A stretch of 64,000 nt of DNA, taken from the NCBI GenBank assembly GCA_013265495.1, contig MU061579.1, positions 5,702,963 through 5,766,962 on the forward strand, given 5' to 3'. How positions within the stretch are numbered: position 1 is the stretch's first letter; each line of letters opens with the position of its first letter. This document shows, one piece after another, positions 40,465 through 53,575 of this stretch. Below the pieces are notes generated by a model. It was not told the origin of the DNA and made no database searches. It was given only the letters and a program-made list of their open reading frames with translations. Source of the stretch: Vicugna vicugna. Taxonomy: Eukaryota. The position numbers and the translations under genes are program-made.

Positions 40465-41810
40465 TTGTCCAATAGCCCATGAAGGGAGTAGCCATGGAAG
40501 CCTTGAATAGGCCCAAAAGCACATGCTCCCTCTCACCAAGACTGATCTGGTCACCAACCTTCTGTGTGAACAATTAGGGGACAAGGAAAACACAGCTGTC
40601 AACATGGCACCATACTTCAAGGAGGATATATTACTGTCCTGCTGCTGCATAGCAGATTACCACAAACTTAGTGACTTAAAGCAATGCATATCTATTACCT
40701 CACAGTTCTGAAGGTCTCACAAGGCCAAAATTAAGGTATCAGCCAGGCTTAGCTCCTATCTGGAAGTTCTGGGGAAGATCCATATCTAAATTCATACAAA
40801 TTGCTAGCAGGAATCAGTTGCATGTGGTTATGGGAATCTAGCCTTTTCCTGGCCAGCTGTCAGTCAGGGGCTGCTTTCAACTCCTAGAGGCTGCTCTCGA
40901 GGCCTTGCACTTGCTCCCTCCATCTTCAAAGCCAGCTAAAATAAGTTGAGTTGTTTTCCTGCTTCAAGTCTCTGTGAATCCCTCTTCTGCATCCTGCAGG
41001 AGAAAAGTCTCTGCTAAAAGCCTGTCTGGAGAATTTCCCTTATGATTAATTCCAAGTCAACTGACAGATGTAAATAACTGATGTCCATCTAAATTAACTA
41101 CATACAAGTACTACAGATTTAGTAACTAATTACCTCTGCAAAATTCCTTTTTATGTGTAATGTAACACAATCACAGACATGATCTCTCACTGTATTCACA
41201 GTCATAAGGATTAGAAATAGACATCTTGGGGAGCCATCTCAGAATTCATGTCCTCACAGAGAATAACCAGCCACTTGTGAAAAATAGTTTATATCACACC
41301 TCTTTCCTGGAAAAGGCAGCAATTGTTTCTAATTATGACTAACAGTAATTCTGGATCTGGTTAGTTTTTCCTCTACAGCACTTCAGCCAGTATCACTGTC
41401 CAGGAGCCCACAAAGTATGCAATTAATTGACATGGGATCCCAAATAATACCACCATGAACTAAGGAGCCAATTTTATGGCTAAGGAAGTGTGGCAATAGG
41501 CATATGATTATGGATTCAGTGTTCTTACCATACCCTACATCCCTGGGAATATGGTAGCCTGATGAAGCCCTGGAATAGCCTTTTGAAGGTGCAACTAAGA
41601 AGCTAGTTAGAGATAACATACTGGGAGGTTAAAAAGATGTTAGGATCTGGTATATAGCTTAACCATCTGGCCTCATGTCGTATTGTGCCACCATAGTAAG
41701 ATCCCCACTGAACAGGAATCTGCAGCTGTTGCCTGATCACTTTGGTCTCTTTGTGCTGATCATTTAGTAAGCAAAGAAAGGAATTATCACACTTGCAAGA
41801 TTATCACCTT
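40465..41810 (+). mobile_element. ERVL internal pol fragment (integrase, then probable dUTPase remnant), decayed and split by an MLT1
   Basis: AQKHMLPLTKTDLVT near 40511 (cf. AQQHGLPLTKADLAT); HGIPNNTTMN*GANFMAKEVWQ*A at 41431 (cf. HGIPHSIASDQGTHFTAKEVRQWA); in-frame stops. Confidence 0.85.
40627..41258 (-). mobile_element. MaLR LTR (MLT1E-like) inserted in the ERVL integrase
   Basis: attaccacaaacttagtgacttaaa...cacagttctg ... ggggagccatctcagaattc...caca; near-TSD gagga (40622-40626) / gagaa (41259-41263). Confidence 0.85.
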
Positions 41811-42738
41811 ATTTTAGATATACATGTATGTCTATATGCATATGTATACATATGTAGCAGTATATAACGATATATGCACACATATACTTATTTAACTTTT
41901 CAAAAGAAGTATTTCTTCTAAAATGAGGTTGGTATTTTTTGTCAACGTCATGTTACTAATGTTATACTTCAGTTATAAATGCCAGTAAGTCCCTTTAGTT
42001 CATGGAACACTCATAATGATCATTTTAAATCATCAATAATTTATTCTGTGCATTGATCCTGGAAATATATTCAGAATCACCCAGATATATTAGATTCAAT
42101 ATATAATATAATAAATCATTGGCACAAAATGAGGCTAACAAAGATATAAAACTTGTTCAGCAGCTCCAAAATGGAAAGTGAAAAAGAAAGATTTTAGATT
42201 ATAATAAAATGAAAGATTGGGACAAATTAACTTGTTCCCATATGTAACTGAAAAAGAAAACATAGTATTCTAATAAAAAAGTATTTCACATGTATAAACT
42301 CACTCCTCAGCCTTTGAGGTGGTTTCTACTATTAAATCCATGTTTAAGGAAAAAAAACTGAGTTGATAAATTAAGTAATATGACTATAGTGATTTAGCTT
42401 GAAAGTGTTAAGAACAACCTAATAAAAATAATAACAGTATATATAATTAATGAATACTGAATGTGTATTAGACATTGCAGAAATAAATGAAGCATTGTCA
42501 ACATGTAGTACTAGCCCATTCATTTGCTGTACAAAATTTTGCTACTAATTTTAAGTAAAAGCCATTTAGTTGAAAATAAGTTGATCCCCAAGATAGTTTG
42601 TTTAAAACAATCATTTATTTGAAAATTAACATACCCTATTTTTCTGTGTCTTATATTGATTATTTTAATCAACTGTGTCCAATTTTCAAGATTTACAACA
42701 TTTTAAAGAATTTTTGTGTTTATGCTGTTACTTAATTA

Positions 42739-42985
42739 TTTTATTTATTTTTTAAAAAATGTGTTTTTATTGAAGTATAGTCAGTGTACAATGTTGTGTC
42801 AATTTCTGGTGTACAGCATAATAGTTTAGTCATACATATACGTAAATATATTTATTTTCATATTCTTTTTCATTACAGGTTACTACAAGGTGTTGAATAT
42901 AGTTCCCTGTGCTATACAGTAGGACCTCGTTGTTTATCTATTCTCTATAGGATAGTTTGTGTCTGCAAGTCTCAAACTCCCAATT
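42739..42985 (-). mobile_element. 5'-truncated L1 3' end (different subfamily from 9148 and 14603)
   Basis: ttttattgaagtatagtcagtgtacaatgttgtg...gttccctgtgctatacagtaggacc...ctcaaactcccaat. Confidence 0.88.
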
Positions 42986-43424
42986 GTTTTATAGTTAATT
43001 AATTTTCCTCCTTTTGTATGTTCAATACCTACTACTGCAGCGATAGAAAAGGAATGAAAGTAATACATAGCCAGGTGAATCAAATGCCAATTTGTAAAGT
43101 GAAATCAACCAACCACGTTAGGTTTTTTCCCTAGGACTATGTCACTATTTACTCTGTGACGCCCTTAATACCTTACTATACTCAGCATGCTTGTATCAAA
43201 TAGTTTTCATATTCTTTGTAGTCTATGCCCTGGCAAATAAAGTTGCCAATCTTGTGAGAACTTATAGAAAAGTATGAATAAATATATGTTGAGTGAACAT
43301 TTGGGATAAGTGCAAACATTTCCATTCATTGCATCTAGTTTTCATTTAGAAATCTGTCTTTATGACTTTCTGGTTTTGGTTTGCATTAACACGATTTTTT
43401 TTCCAGAAGTGCCGTCTGGACACA

Positions 43425-43675
43425 TTATAGGATAGAATTGAAGAGAAAAGACTTTTGGAGTCAGGCTGACTCCAAAGCTGGGGTTTGAATCCAACTCAGG
43501 ACACCAATTTACTGAGATATCTTAGGCTAGCTGCTCCAATATTTCAAGTCTCCGTTTTCTTACCTATAAAGTGTGAAAAATAATATTTCCACTTTCTAAA
43601 GGTGCTTAGACAAGTGTCTGACATGCAGTAAGTATTCCATAGATGCTACTTATCATTGTCCTATTATTATTATTA
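43425..43675 (+). mobile_element. MIR SINE
   Basis: agacttttggagtcagg...gggtttgaatcc...tctccgttttcttacctataaagtg...tgtctgacatgcagtaag. Confidence 0.7.
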
Positions 43676-46600
43676 AATGAAAAATTAATGAACTATAAAT
43701 AAGATCAATTGAAGAAACATCGAAAAATGATGTCCCTTAACTATCAATTTCTTGGGCCATTGGTTTTGAAAATAAAAATTAAATCAGCCATACTCAACCC
43801 AAAAATTACATATTTCTAGTGATGATACAAATTCCAATACCTGGATTATACTTTATGACTTAAAATGGTTTTTAAAAACAGTATGTGTCCCATGATATTA
43901 CAAATAGGGGAATTCTTAACATTTCTAGTTTCTGCTTTTACTTATTAGTTATTTTTGAGATGATAGAATAGTTCCATGTTTTCAAATATAAATATCTAAG
44001 TATGTATCATCCAAGAATTCAAAAGAAATTAATACTTGCAAGCATTCAGCAATTAATTCATACTGAAAGTATACTATTTGGTCCAAGAGTAACATCAGTT
44101 TCAGTTTATTTTCAAATTTTCAACATATATATATTTGGGAGCAAAACTGGTTTATGTACATACATTACTTTTTCTGCATTGTACTGTGATATATACAAGA
44201 AAAAACATTTCAAATATTTCATTTAAATAAAATCAATGCAAACAAAGTTTGGCTTCTTCAGATATATTTTGTCTAGATGTTCTTGAAATGTTTATATAAA
44301 GCTCTTAACAAGGTAATAAGTGGTAAGAGAAAGAGTAGTTGCTATTGTTAATACTGGAGTTCCAAGAAATAAATGCCCTTCAATTCATAAAATTTTAAAT
44401 TCCTTATAAATATTCATATTACTCCTTCCTATGAATATTTATGGATGCATACTTCTAACAATGTTCATTAAAACAGCCAAGGAAACATTCAGCTGAAAAT
44501 CTCCAACTTAAAACACAGTAGGAACTTAAAACACAGTAGGAAACTATCTCAATGAGATTAATATTCTGCTCCTGCATATGACAGAGTATGTGTGTGTGTT
44601 TCAAATTAAATTTAATTTTATCCCAGAGAAGTGCAAACTAAAGAACATGTAACTGATCTTGGTGAAAACTGAGGGAATTTTAAAATTTCTACTTACACTT
44701 TGTTCTTCACTTTCTAGTATCAAGCATTGTGCTAAGCTCTAGGAATCTAGAAGTGAGATATATACATTACTTGCATACGTATATATGTAATGAACATACG
44801 TGTAAATGTGTATACACACACATATATATGCCTTCTTTTAAAGCACTAGTGAGAGATATCTATGTAACGAGAATGATAATGGCATGGAAATTCTTTTTTT
44901 ATATACCGATGTGCAAGAACTGAGAGGGAGGAGAGAGGAAGAGAAAGAAAGACAGCGGAGAAAGAGAGAGTGTAGGTGGACATACTATTTCTAGCTTTGA
45001 CACAGATAATTCTTCTACCCACCAAAGTGTTCAAAAAGGCCACCCCATCTCTGGTCACACCAGGTGCTGGGAGTGGCAGAAAGACTGTAACCAACTGCTC
45101 TGCTTCAGATCAGCAGGGCAGGGCTATGGCATCAGCAGAACCAGGAAGACAGTGTTTCCTAGAAGCTGATGAAGAAAATCAAAGCCGTCCCTGAAAAGCA
45201 GTAGCTTACTATTTCCATCACTAAAAAAAAACCATTTGTGCACCTACTCTGTGCCAGGCATTGTTCTAGAAGGGAACATATCTGTGAACAAAACAAACCA
45301 ACTTGTGTTTTTCCCTGATGTTCATACTGTAACATATTCATAGCCTTTCTCTAGAGAAGTCACTGAGGAAAGTCTAAATATAAAATTCTTTTACAAAATA
45401 CAAATGATTTGATCCAAAGGTCTAAGAAAGCATGACACTCAAAAAGACCATTTGGCATATATGCATTCTTCCAAAGGGAAACACATTCAGAAAGCCTAAA
45501 TCCTCATTCTCAAGTAAAGTCCGATGAGATGTCATACGTCATGATAACATAATCTTAGAAAATGCTCCAACCATTTGTCCTTCTTATTGATTAAAAACAC
45601 GTATTAGCAGATTAAAATCTTTGAGATCTGCTGCAGTGCAAAAACTACTACATGTGATTGAATCCCATGTTTTTCAAACTTGAATTTCCTATAAAAACTG
45701 CTTTTCACTGATCATGTGACTTATGGAATTAATATTTCATGGAATAGTTTTTGAAGCACCTTGATTTAGTTAATACATCTGTATAGATTCATATAATGCT
45801 TCAGAATAAGATCAAGACACTTCTTCAGAAGTAAAGATATTTATACTGTAGGAAAAAAATTGGACAGAACGGTTATACTTCTCAATTATAATCAATATTC
45901 ATATGTTTGTCTCATCAATAATCACCCTCATTTGTATCACAAAGAAGATATGGTCATTAGAAATGCAAGTCATAAAGGAATCAAAGATATATTAAATAGC
46001 ATGGTAAATTTTATTACAAATTAATGTTACTTAACATGTCATTAACATTCTCATTTCATATGGGTTTTCCTTATTATTTTAACTTAGGGACAAAAATGTA
46101 ATAAATCTTTGACCTCAACCATGTCTATCTCCTACACTGAGACGAATATACTGTGAGTTTTCGGAAACCTAACTCTATCCCTTAGGGAATCTCAATTTAA
46201 AATATTCAGCTGTCCTTATTTCTAATACTGGAAGCCAGTTCAGTAGAATCATAAACCTACGTTCAAGGCTACTACTAAATTTTGAAAAAAGAAAAAGAAA
46301 AAGAAGGAGGAGGAGGAGAAGGAGGGGGACGTGGGGAGGAGAAATCTAGGTCTAGTTATTTAATGCATCTTAGTGTCTATTTATGATAAATAAAAATTGT
46401 ATTTTCAAAAAGGACCTGAGGTCTTCAGATTGATTCTCTGAAGGTGTAACTGTCATTGATAACTATGGCATTAGGCTTTTCATAGATTACAGAAGGTTTA
46501 AATAGGAATAATAAATAACCCCAAACTGCCCACCTTAGAATGGCCTTCACCATTTTGTTCTGCAGGTCACTTGAATAACTGTCAGGAAAGCAAGCTATTA

Positions 46601-48699
46601 GAGGAGAATTAGTTTTGATTAAGCTTAATGTTTTCTCTTAACTATTTTTCTTAACTTCAGAGATGATATTAATTTATATCAGTTGACTAGAGTATTCTGT
46701 AACAAGGTCATCTGTATTCAAAAATAGATGAATTTTTAACCTGTTTCAGGCATGAGACATCTTAAAGATTCCAAACCACTTTTTTTGTACTAGCAGGATT
46801 TTAAAATGATTAAGAGAAGCAAAGCAGTTCATGACATACAGAGAACAGGTACAATTCCTTTATCTTAATAAATAGTAAAATACATTAGAAACAGCAAAGA
46901 AGAAACTGATAAAATTGTTTCAGCCCAATAAAGTTCTTTATTTCTTAAATGACAAAGAAAAAACCCATAAAATATACCTCCTTTTGTAGTTTATGCCTCC
47001 AAATGTAATAAAGTAGTAATATTTATTAATGTTAATTATTATAATATAAAAATGAAAGTATTATAATATAAAAATATGAAAGAGGGCTGAGACATAAGCA
47101 CAAAGCTGAAATAAGGTAAATTTTGTAAATAATTATATTTTTATTTATAAAATTGAGAAAGTCATTTGAATAAACATCTGTAGACATTTTAGACAAGATA
47201 TTAGAATGAACAAAATAGTTATATCCCTCGCTTTCCACTCCCACTGAAAGAAATAATTGAAGAAATAATACAAAGAGAGAAAACCTGTATCAAAATAGAA
47301 AACAGAAAACTTAGGATGAGCGCTGTTGCTGTAGTTGATGCAATCAGTGACAAGTGCTTGATAGAAAACTTGAGAAACCTATGCCTCACCCCTCTCTTAC
47401 TCCACCCGACCCTCCCTACCTCTCCCCTCCAAAAAAGAGAACTGATTTTCAGGTAATAAAGATTGGGGAGATCTTCATGAACTCTCTCTGATCTTCTCAA
47501 CTAAAATGATGGCAGATGGAGGTAAGGCATTTGGGCTCCCATCTCTTCTGACTGGCTAAAGGACTTCAGAGGTCAAAGATCTCCTACTGTAGAAAGTCAC
47601 GACAGTTGAATTTAGCTGTGGCAACCTGGTATTATAAACAACAAAGAAAAACTTCAACAAAGAAAAAGCTCCAGGACTTACAACAGAACTTAAGTATCAC
47701 ATTCCTATGAATTTCATGAACATGTTTTCAGTTTATGAAAAACCCCCCTCAAAGCATTTATGGCTATCTATAAATTCAGCTCTTTTTGTTCATTGTTCCC
47801 ATATTCTCTCTTTGAGCTAGAAATTTACCATCAAAAAGTTTTTACTTTTTCACCTCCATCCCTGGAGGTCCTCCAGGTAAAATGTGGTCAGGAATCTCAC
47901 CCAGTAGTGAAGAACCCTTTCAACCCTTAGATACATATATAAACCAATGGAGTGCAGGTATTGCCCACATGTGTATGCAAACAGCTAGATAACATCAAAG
48001 CTCAGATGTTCCCACTGATCAAATAATTTTGCTCAAAACCCAAAAGACATGGAAGATGCCATGATCTGGCATGAACTTACGACTGGAAAATAGGAAGAAA
48101 AACATTGTTTGAAATCTAAACAAAATTCCAAAGAAAAGTCTATCCATAAAATTGATACAGTAAAAGGAAGATAGATTAGGAAATATTGTATAGGCAAATA
48201 ACATAATATTGGAATTAAAACTATAATGGTGTCTGTGAAAAGCAGGACAGATGCAGAGGAAAATTTTAAAAAGAGACTATAAAATTACCCATAAAGAAAG
48301 TTGAAAAAATTTCCTAGAACTGAGAAAAAAAGAATAGAAGTCTTTTGATTTTTAAATGAGAGAAAAAGATGAAGTTTTAAAACTAAATTTAAACTCTAAT
48401 TATACCATGTGTATAGTTGGTTTTAATACTGTCAGTTAATACCCAACAAATTTATTTTAAAAAGTCAAGTATTTGATATATTTTCTTAGATTGCACAGAT
48501 GATCAATAAAATCTCAGAATAGAAGTTCCAGAGCAAAGAGAAGGAAACTGCAGATGAAGCTACAAATGTAGCTAAGAGTAAAAAGCTGTCCTGATACATT
48601 GTCCAAAATTTGACAGTAAGCCATGCATTCAAAATTAATTTTAAGAGAAATACTCTTGAAAATAGATATTCTTGTGTACTGCTATATTGTCTCTGCCAT

Positions 48700-50080
48700 T
48701 GGAGATGGAATTCAATCATACATAATACATATTTTAAAATGTGCCTTTTAGCTTATGATTTTATTTCTATGAAATGAATCTAAGAACAGAGTCATAAGTA
48801 TGGAAAAAGACTTAGGTTCATCTTTGTTCATTGAAGCTTCATGCAGTCACCTTAGGAATTGAACAGTAAAGTTACTAAGCAACTAAGTGTATGTCTGTAT
48901 AAATACATATTATGTGTTTATTAAATAACTTTAAAGAATATAATTATACTGAAAGATGTTTAAACAATTATGTTAGATAAAAAGATCACATACAAGCTGG
49001 ATAATAGTATCAACAGTATTTGTTATAGCTGTATTACAGCAATATATCAAAGTAAATCAAAAAATATAATGACTATTGATCAAGTTTTCTCTTGGGCTTG
49101 AAATTATGGGAGATTTTAATTTTAATGTCATGCTTTTCTATATTTTCATACTTTCCGCAAAGTGCATAAGTAGTCTGGTATTATTACCAAAACTTAATTA
49201 TTTACATTAATAATAGATGTATCTTTTTGAAATTTTCATATATAATTTATAAATAAAAGAATCTATAAAAATCCAGGAAAGAAAATATTGTTACATATAA
49301 AGGACAAAAATCTAAGCAACATTATTGACTTTTCTGCAATACCATACTGTAAGAGAAGACGTTAAAAATAGTTGCAAAGTTCTGAAAATAAGTTTGTGAT
49401 TCCAAAACAGTGTGTACATAGCCATAGACAGACATTCAGATTTGAGTGATCATAGGAAATGCATCAACTGTGTAACCTTCTTTAATAAATTTGTTGGCTA
49501 TTAACTGACAGTATTAAAACCAGTCATACATATAGTATAATTATAGTTTAAATTTGGTTATAAAAGCAGTTAGAATCTGAAATGTAAAAATATTCAAACA
49601 GCATAATTTATCACTCTACATAAAATTAACAAAGTCAAGTAGATATATGAAAACCTGAAAATATAGTAAAAGACTCTCATGTTCCTGTAAAGATAATTCT
49701 ATGACATCTTTTTGAATAAGGGACATTCGTAAGTCATCTACTAAATAAGCACACATAAGATAAAGCCACTGGAAAAAAAATATTATCCCACAACAATTGA
49801 CTATTTCTTATATATGAGAGAAACACTTACAGAATGTAATAGAGAGAAGGCCAATTCACAATAGTAACAAAAGATATGAAGTATTATCTAGATACACTTG
49901 ACAAAGAATGCCAAAAGGCTATATTAAAAACTATTATAATGTCAGAGATTTGCAAAAAATCAACATAAATAGGATAATATTATATATAATAAAGAGGTAA
50001 AGTTCTCCAAATTCACTTATAAATCCAAGGTAATTAATTAATCAAACATTACTAGGAATTTAATTTATTTTAAAATTTGA
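48700..50080 (+). mobile_element. Very old A-rich L1 fragments
   Basis: Sense L1-like motifs such as attcacaatagtaacaaaagatatgaagta and ttctccaaattcacttataaatccaa; boundaries uncertain. Confidence 0.5.
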
Positions 50081-50085
50081 CTAAG

Positions 50086-51000
50086 GCATCTGAGTGACGT
50101 AATCAAAATAGAAGTCGCTAGCACTCAGCTCCCTGCCGAAACATCAGCTTGACCCACTATCTGCATGTGAAGAAACCTTCACAATAGCCGAGGATGCCGG
50201 GTGAGAGCTGAGAGCACCTGGGAGAAGCACAGAAATAAGAAAAGATGCATACAGGAGGGTAGAACACAGATTTACACTACCCCTTCCTCCAAGAGTGGAC
50301 AGCCCGGCATGAAGACTCCCTCCCTCTAGTGAGCGCTCAACTTCACCTTGGACTCCAGAGGTGATCCATCCTAGTACCAGGCTGACTCCTGCAGTCTTAG
50401 GTAGCTCCCAGTGTTCTCCTGTGAATTCAGGCCCCTGGCTCACCGTGGCTGCCTAATCCAGTGGCCCAAGTAGATCTTATTGGGCTCCCAGCTCATCCCA
50501 GTGCGCCTACTGCCCCAGAGGCCCCAGGCTGCTCCCACAGCTTCAGAGAGCTTTGAGAGGACAACTATCTAACCATACTTTGGGCTCACCCACCCAGCAG
50601 TCTCCCATGGCCACTGGCGGCTTCTGTGGCTCCTGGCCTCTTTTCTTTACAACTCCCATTAGGTAGATACTTGATATTATTACATAGCAGGCAAACATAT
50701 GAAGAGTCGGAAAGCTAGAGAAGTAGAAAGCCCTATTAGGACCTCAAAAGCAAAGGAAGAACACAGCAATGAGTTCCCTGGAATTTCTCTTCACCTCACC
50801 TACCTCAGATGTGAGACTGAAGATGTCAGCAATCTGGAACTATCTAACAGACATAGACAAAAGCATCCCCAAAGAAAAGCCTTCCTTCTAAAGCCAAAGG
50901 ACCAGGAAAGGAGCAGCCTACCTAGATAGAAAATAGACAATAACCACTTTATTCCAGCCAATGTCACAGAAAAAATACATAGCTCCATCCCCACTCATGA
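50086..51000 (+). mobile_element. L1M-type 5' end (5'UTR) fragments
   Basis: accttcacaatagccgaggatgccgggtgagagctgagagcacctgggagaagcacagaaataagaaaagatgc and gccaaaggaccaggaaaggagcagcc match recalled old L1 5' ends; local GC rise. Confidence 0.65.
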
Positions 51001-51906
51001 AAATGATAATAATCTATCAGTGTATTTACAGGGACAAAATAATTTAAAAGCTCTTGATTAAACTCAGACTACCATGACAGGGAGATAGAAGTAAGAGAAA
51101 GGCAGCAATGTCTACCAAGTTAAGAGAAATATACAAGGAGAATGTTGCCATTAAATCAGCAAATCCATCATCCATCAACAAAATAATACAAAAGGTCATT
51201 AAAAGATATAATCATAGTAGGTCTCAGACTAAATCTTCTGTTCTACAACAGAGGACCAAAATCCTTACAAGAATTCTGGTCCAAACTGTCGATAGGCTTT
51301 TCTGGGGTTTGTTGAGTAGAAATTTTCTGAATACAGGCCTAGGAGAAAACTGACATCAATTACAACACAACATCACTTCCATAAAAAGAACTATAGAGGC
51401 AGTGAGACACAGTAGATGCATATGGTGTGTTTATTTTCAAATTCCCTGTGAAGCACATGGTGCAAACTGAAACTTTATGAGAATAAAGTGACTATACTTT
51501 CATAACACTTTGTGCACTCAGACTTCTTTCTTATGCATTATCTGTGTTTCTTAACTGCCTTATATATTCTGTAACCCAGGTGCAAGTCTTACATCTTAAC
51601 GTCCATTTTATTAATAGAATAATTATGGAAAGCAAGACTCAGAGAAATTGCACGTTTTGATGTTAATCACATGGCTAATAAGAGATGGAACCAAGCTTTT
51701 AATCTAGGCCTTCTAACCTGAAAAAGCATTCCACTTACCTCCCCTTATACTTACATAAACGTGCTGATATTTTTTCTCTTTCCTGAAACCTAGAAAAATT
51801 ATCATTGAGAAAAGATTTGCATTTGGGAATGGAGACTTGGAATAAATCATGTGGGAGGGAAACACATGGCATTATTTCAAATAAAGAATGGTTTAAAAAT
51901 TAACAG

Positions 51907-52430
51907 TGTTGTAGGTTAAATATGCCCACAAAGTTTTCTCCCATAATGAAGCAGAATGTATTTCCCCAGAGTGGGCGGCTCTTACTGTGACTCGCTGTGA
52001 CCACGAGATGGTGTCTGAAGAAGTTTGTGTAATTTCAGTATCCAAGACTTAAGAGATCTTGTAGCTTCTGTTCTCTCCAAGCATTACTCCCCGTACAGAG
52101 GCTCAGGATAGGATCCTCCAGGGTGACAGATCTCACGGAGAGACACTGTGCAGAGAGAGAGGCTCGGCTGTCACAGCTTTGCCAGTGGGAGCTAAGACCC
52201 CATCCAAGTGAGTGAGGCCTTCAGAGATGACGCAGCTTCCACCATCACACCCAGAGACTACAAAACCTGAGTGAGCCCAGCTGACAGGACGTGGAGCAGA
52301 AATTACGTGTCCAGACTGAGTTGTGCCCACACCACCAACCCACAGAATCATCAACTAATTATAGTTATGGCTTTAAACCAAATCACCCCAGTTTGGGGTG
52401 ATTTATTATTCAACATTAGATAACTATGAC
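51907..52430 (+). mobile_element. MaLR LTR (MLT1F/G/H-like)
   Basis: tgtgactcgctgtgacca, aagtgagtgaggcc, ccaacccacagaatcat, tttggggtgatttattattcaacattagataac. Confidence 0.75.
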
Positions 52431-53419
52431 TGAGGGTGAAAGCATTTAGACCAACAAAACAGACCATCATCATCATAGGAGGATGTTAGAAGGATTTATA
52501 TGAAAAGCAGGAATAAAATCCATTGTCATTCGAAGATAATTGGATGATTTATTGATGATGAAGCTTCATTATTTCTGAGTGAAGCTGCATTGTGATAAAA
52601 GCCGGGCTGAGTAATGAATTCTGTATGGTGCTAGTGCATAGCATTTATGTATGTAGTATCTTAATAGCCAGTAGGCGCTACTCATGAAAATAATTTGTGG
52701 TAAGTGTGTTACTCTGCTATCTTAGAAGACAACACGAAAAAGGAATTGAATTTTTACAAAAAAGCATATACTAATGAAAGCCACTATTCATACTTCTGGT
52801 CTTATGTGTTGGATTATTATCCATAAATATGCACTTGATCTAATGACTCATATAACTACATATTTTTGTAAATCAGTAGATCAGAAGCCTGCAGTTACCA
52901 CCTTCATCTTCCATTAATAAGCTATTTCATGGTTTCTCAAAATACTAAAAATCACATTTTCAGTTAAAACATTTTAATGTGAAATTTATTTATAAACAAT
53001 TATAACAGTCATGTTATCCCAAGATATATCCACATGTCAAATTAAACTTGAACCAATGATTTACTAAAAAATATAGTTGCTCTAATAATGGTTTTTCTCT
53101 GTGTGAAGAGTTTAGAGTTGGAAACCAAAAGTGTCAGCCTTGAGACAAACACAAGGTCCATTCAGGATTGGTTGGTCAATTCTTCAGGAGTATCTGAAGA
53201 ATCAATCACATTGCTTAAAATTCTTTCCCTCTGTATCCAACTAATCTGTCATTTATTAGAGGAAAAAATGTTATAAGGAGAAGATGAAATAATATAAAAA
53301 TAAATAATAAGTAACAAATACAAGAAGTATCAACAAGTCTAGGAAAGCAAATAATAATCAAATGCAATTTATATAACATAAACATCAATAAAAAACTAAT
53401 AAGGTAGGAATTGTACTTT

Positions 53420-53575
53420 TTCATTTCATTTCCTTTTCTTTTCTTCCCTCCACTTCTCTCTACACTTCTTTATTCCCACTCTGATTTTCTTCTTCACTCA
53501 TTTCTTTCTTTACTCATTTTCTAATTTCCTCTTTTCCTTCCATTTTTCATCCCTTTCTTTCTCCTTTTTTCTTGT
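53420..53575. repeat. Pyrimidine-rich low-complexity tract
   Basis: Directly visible T/C-rich run. Confidence 0.8.

Noticed and set aside
40465..41810. Domesticated retroviral integrase gene
   Set aside because: Multiple stops, frameshifts and an LTR insertion; no intact ORF
50144..50443. 99-aa ORF in a GC-richer segment, or possible CpG island promoter
   Set aside because: Antisense to an old L1 5'UTR; CpG density is too low for an island
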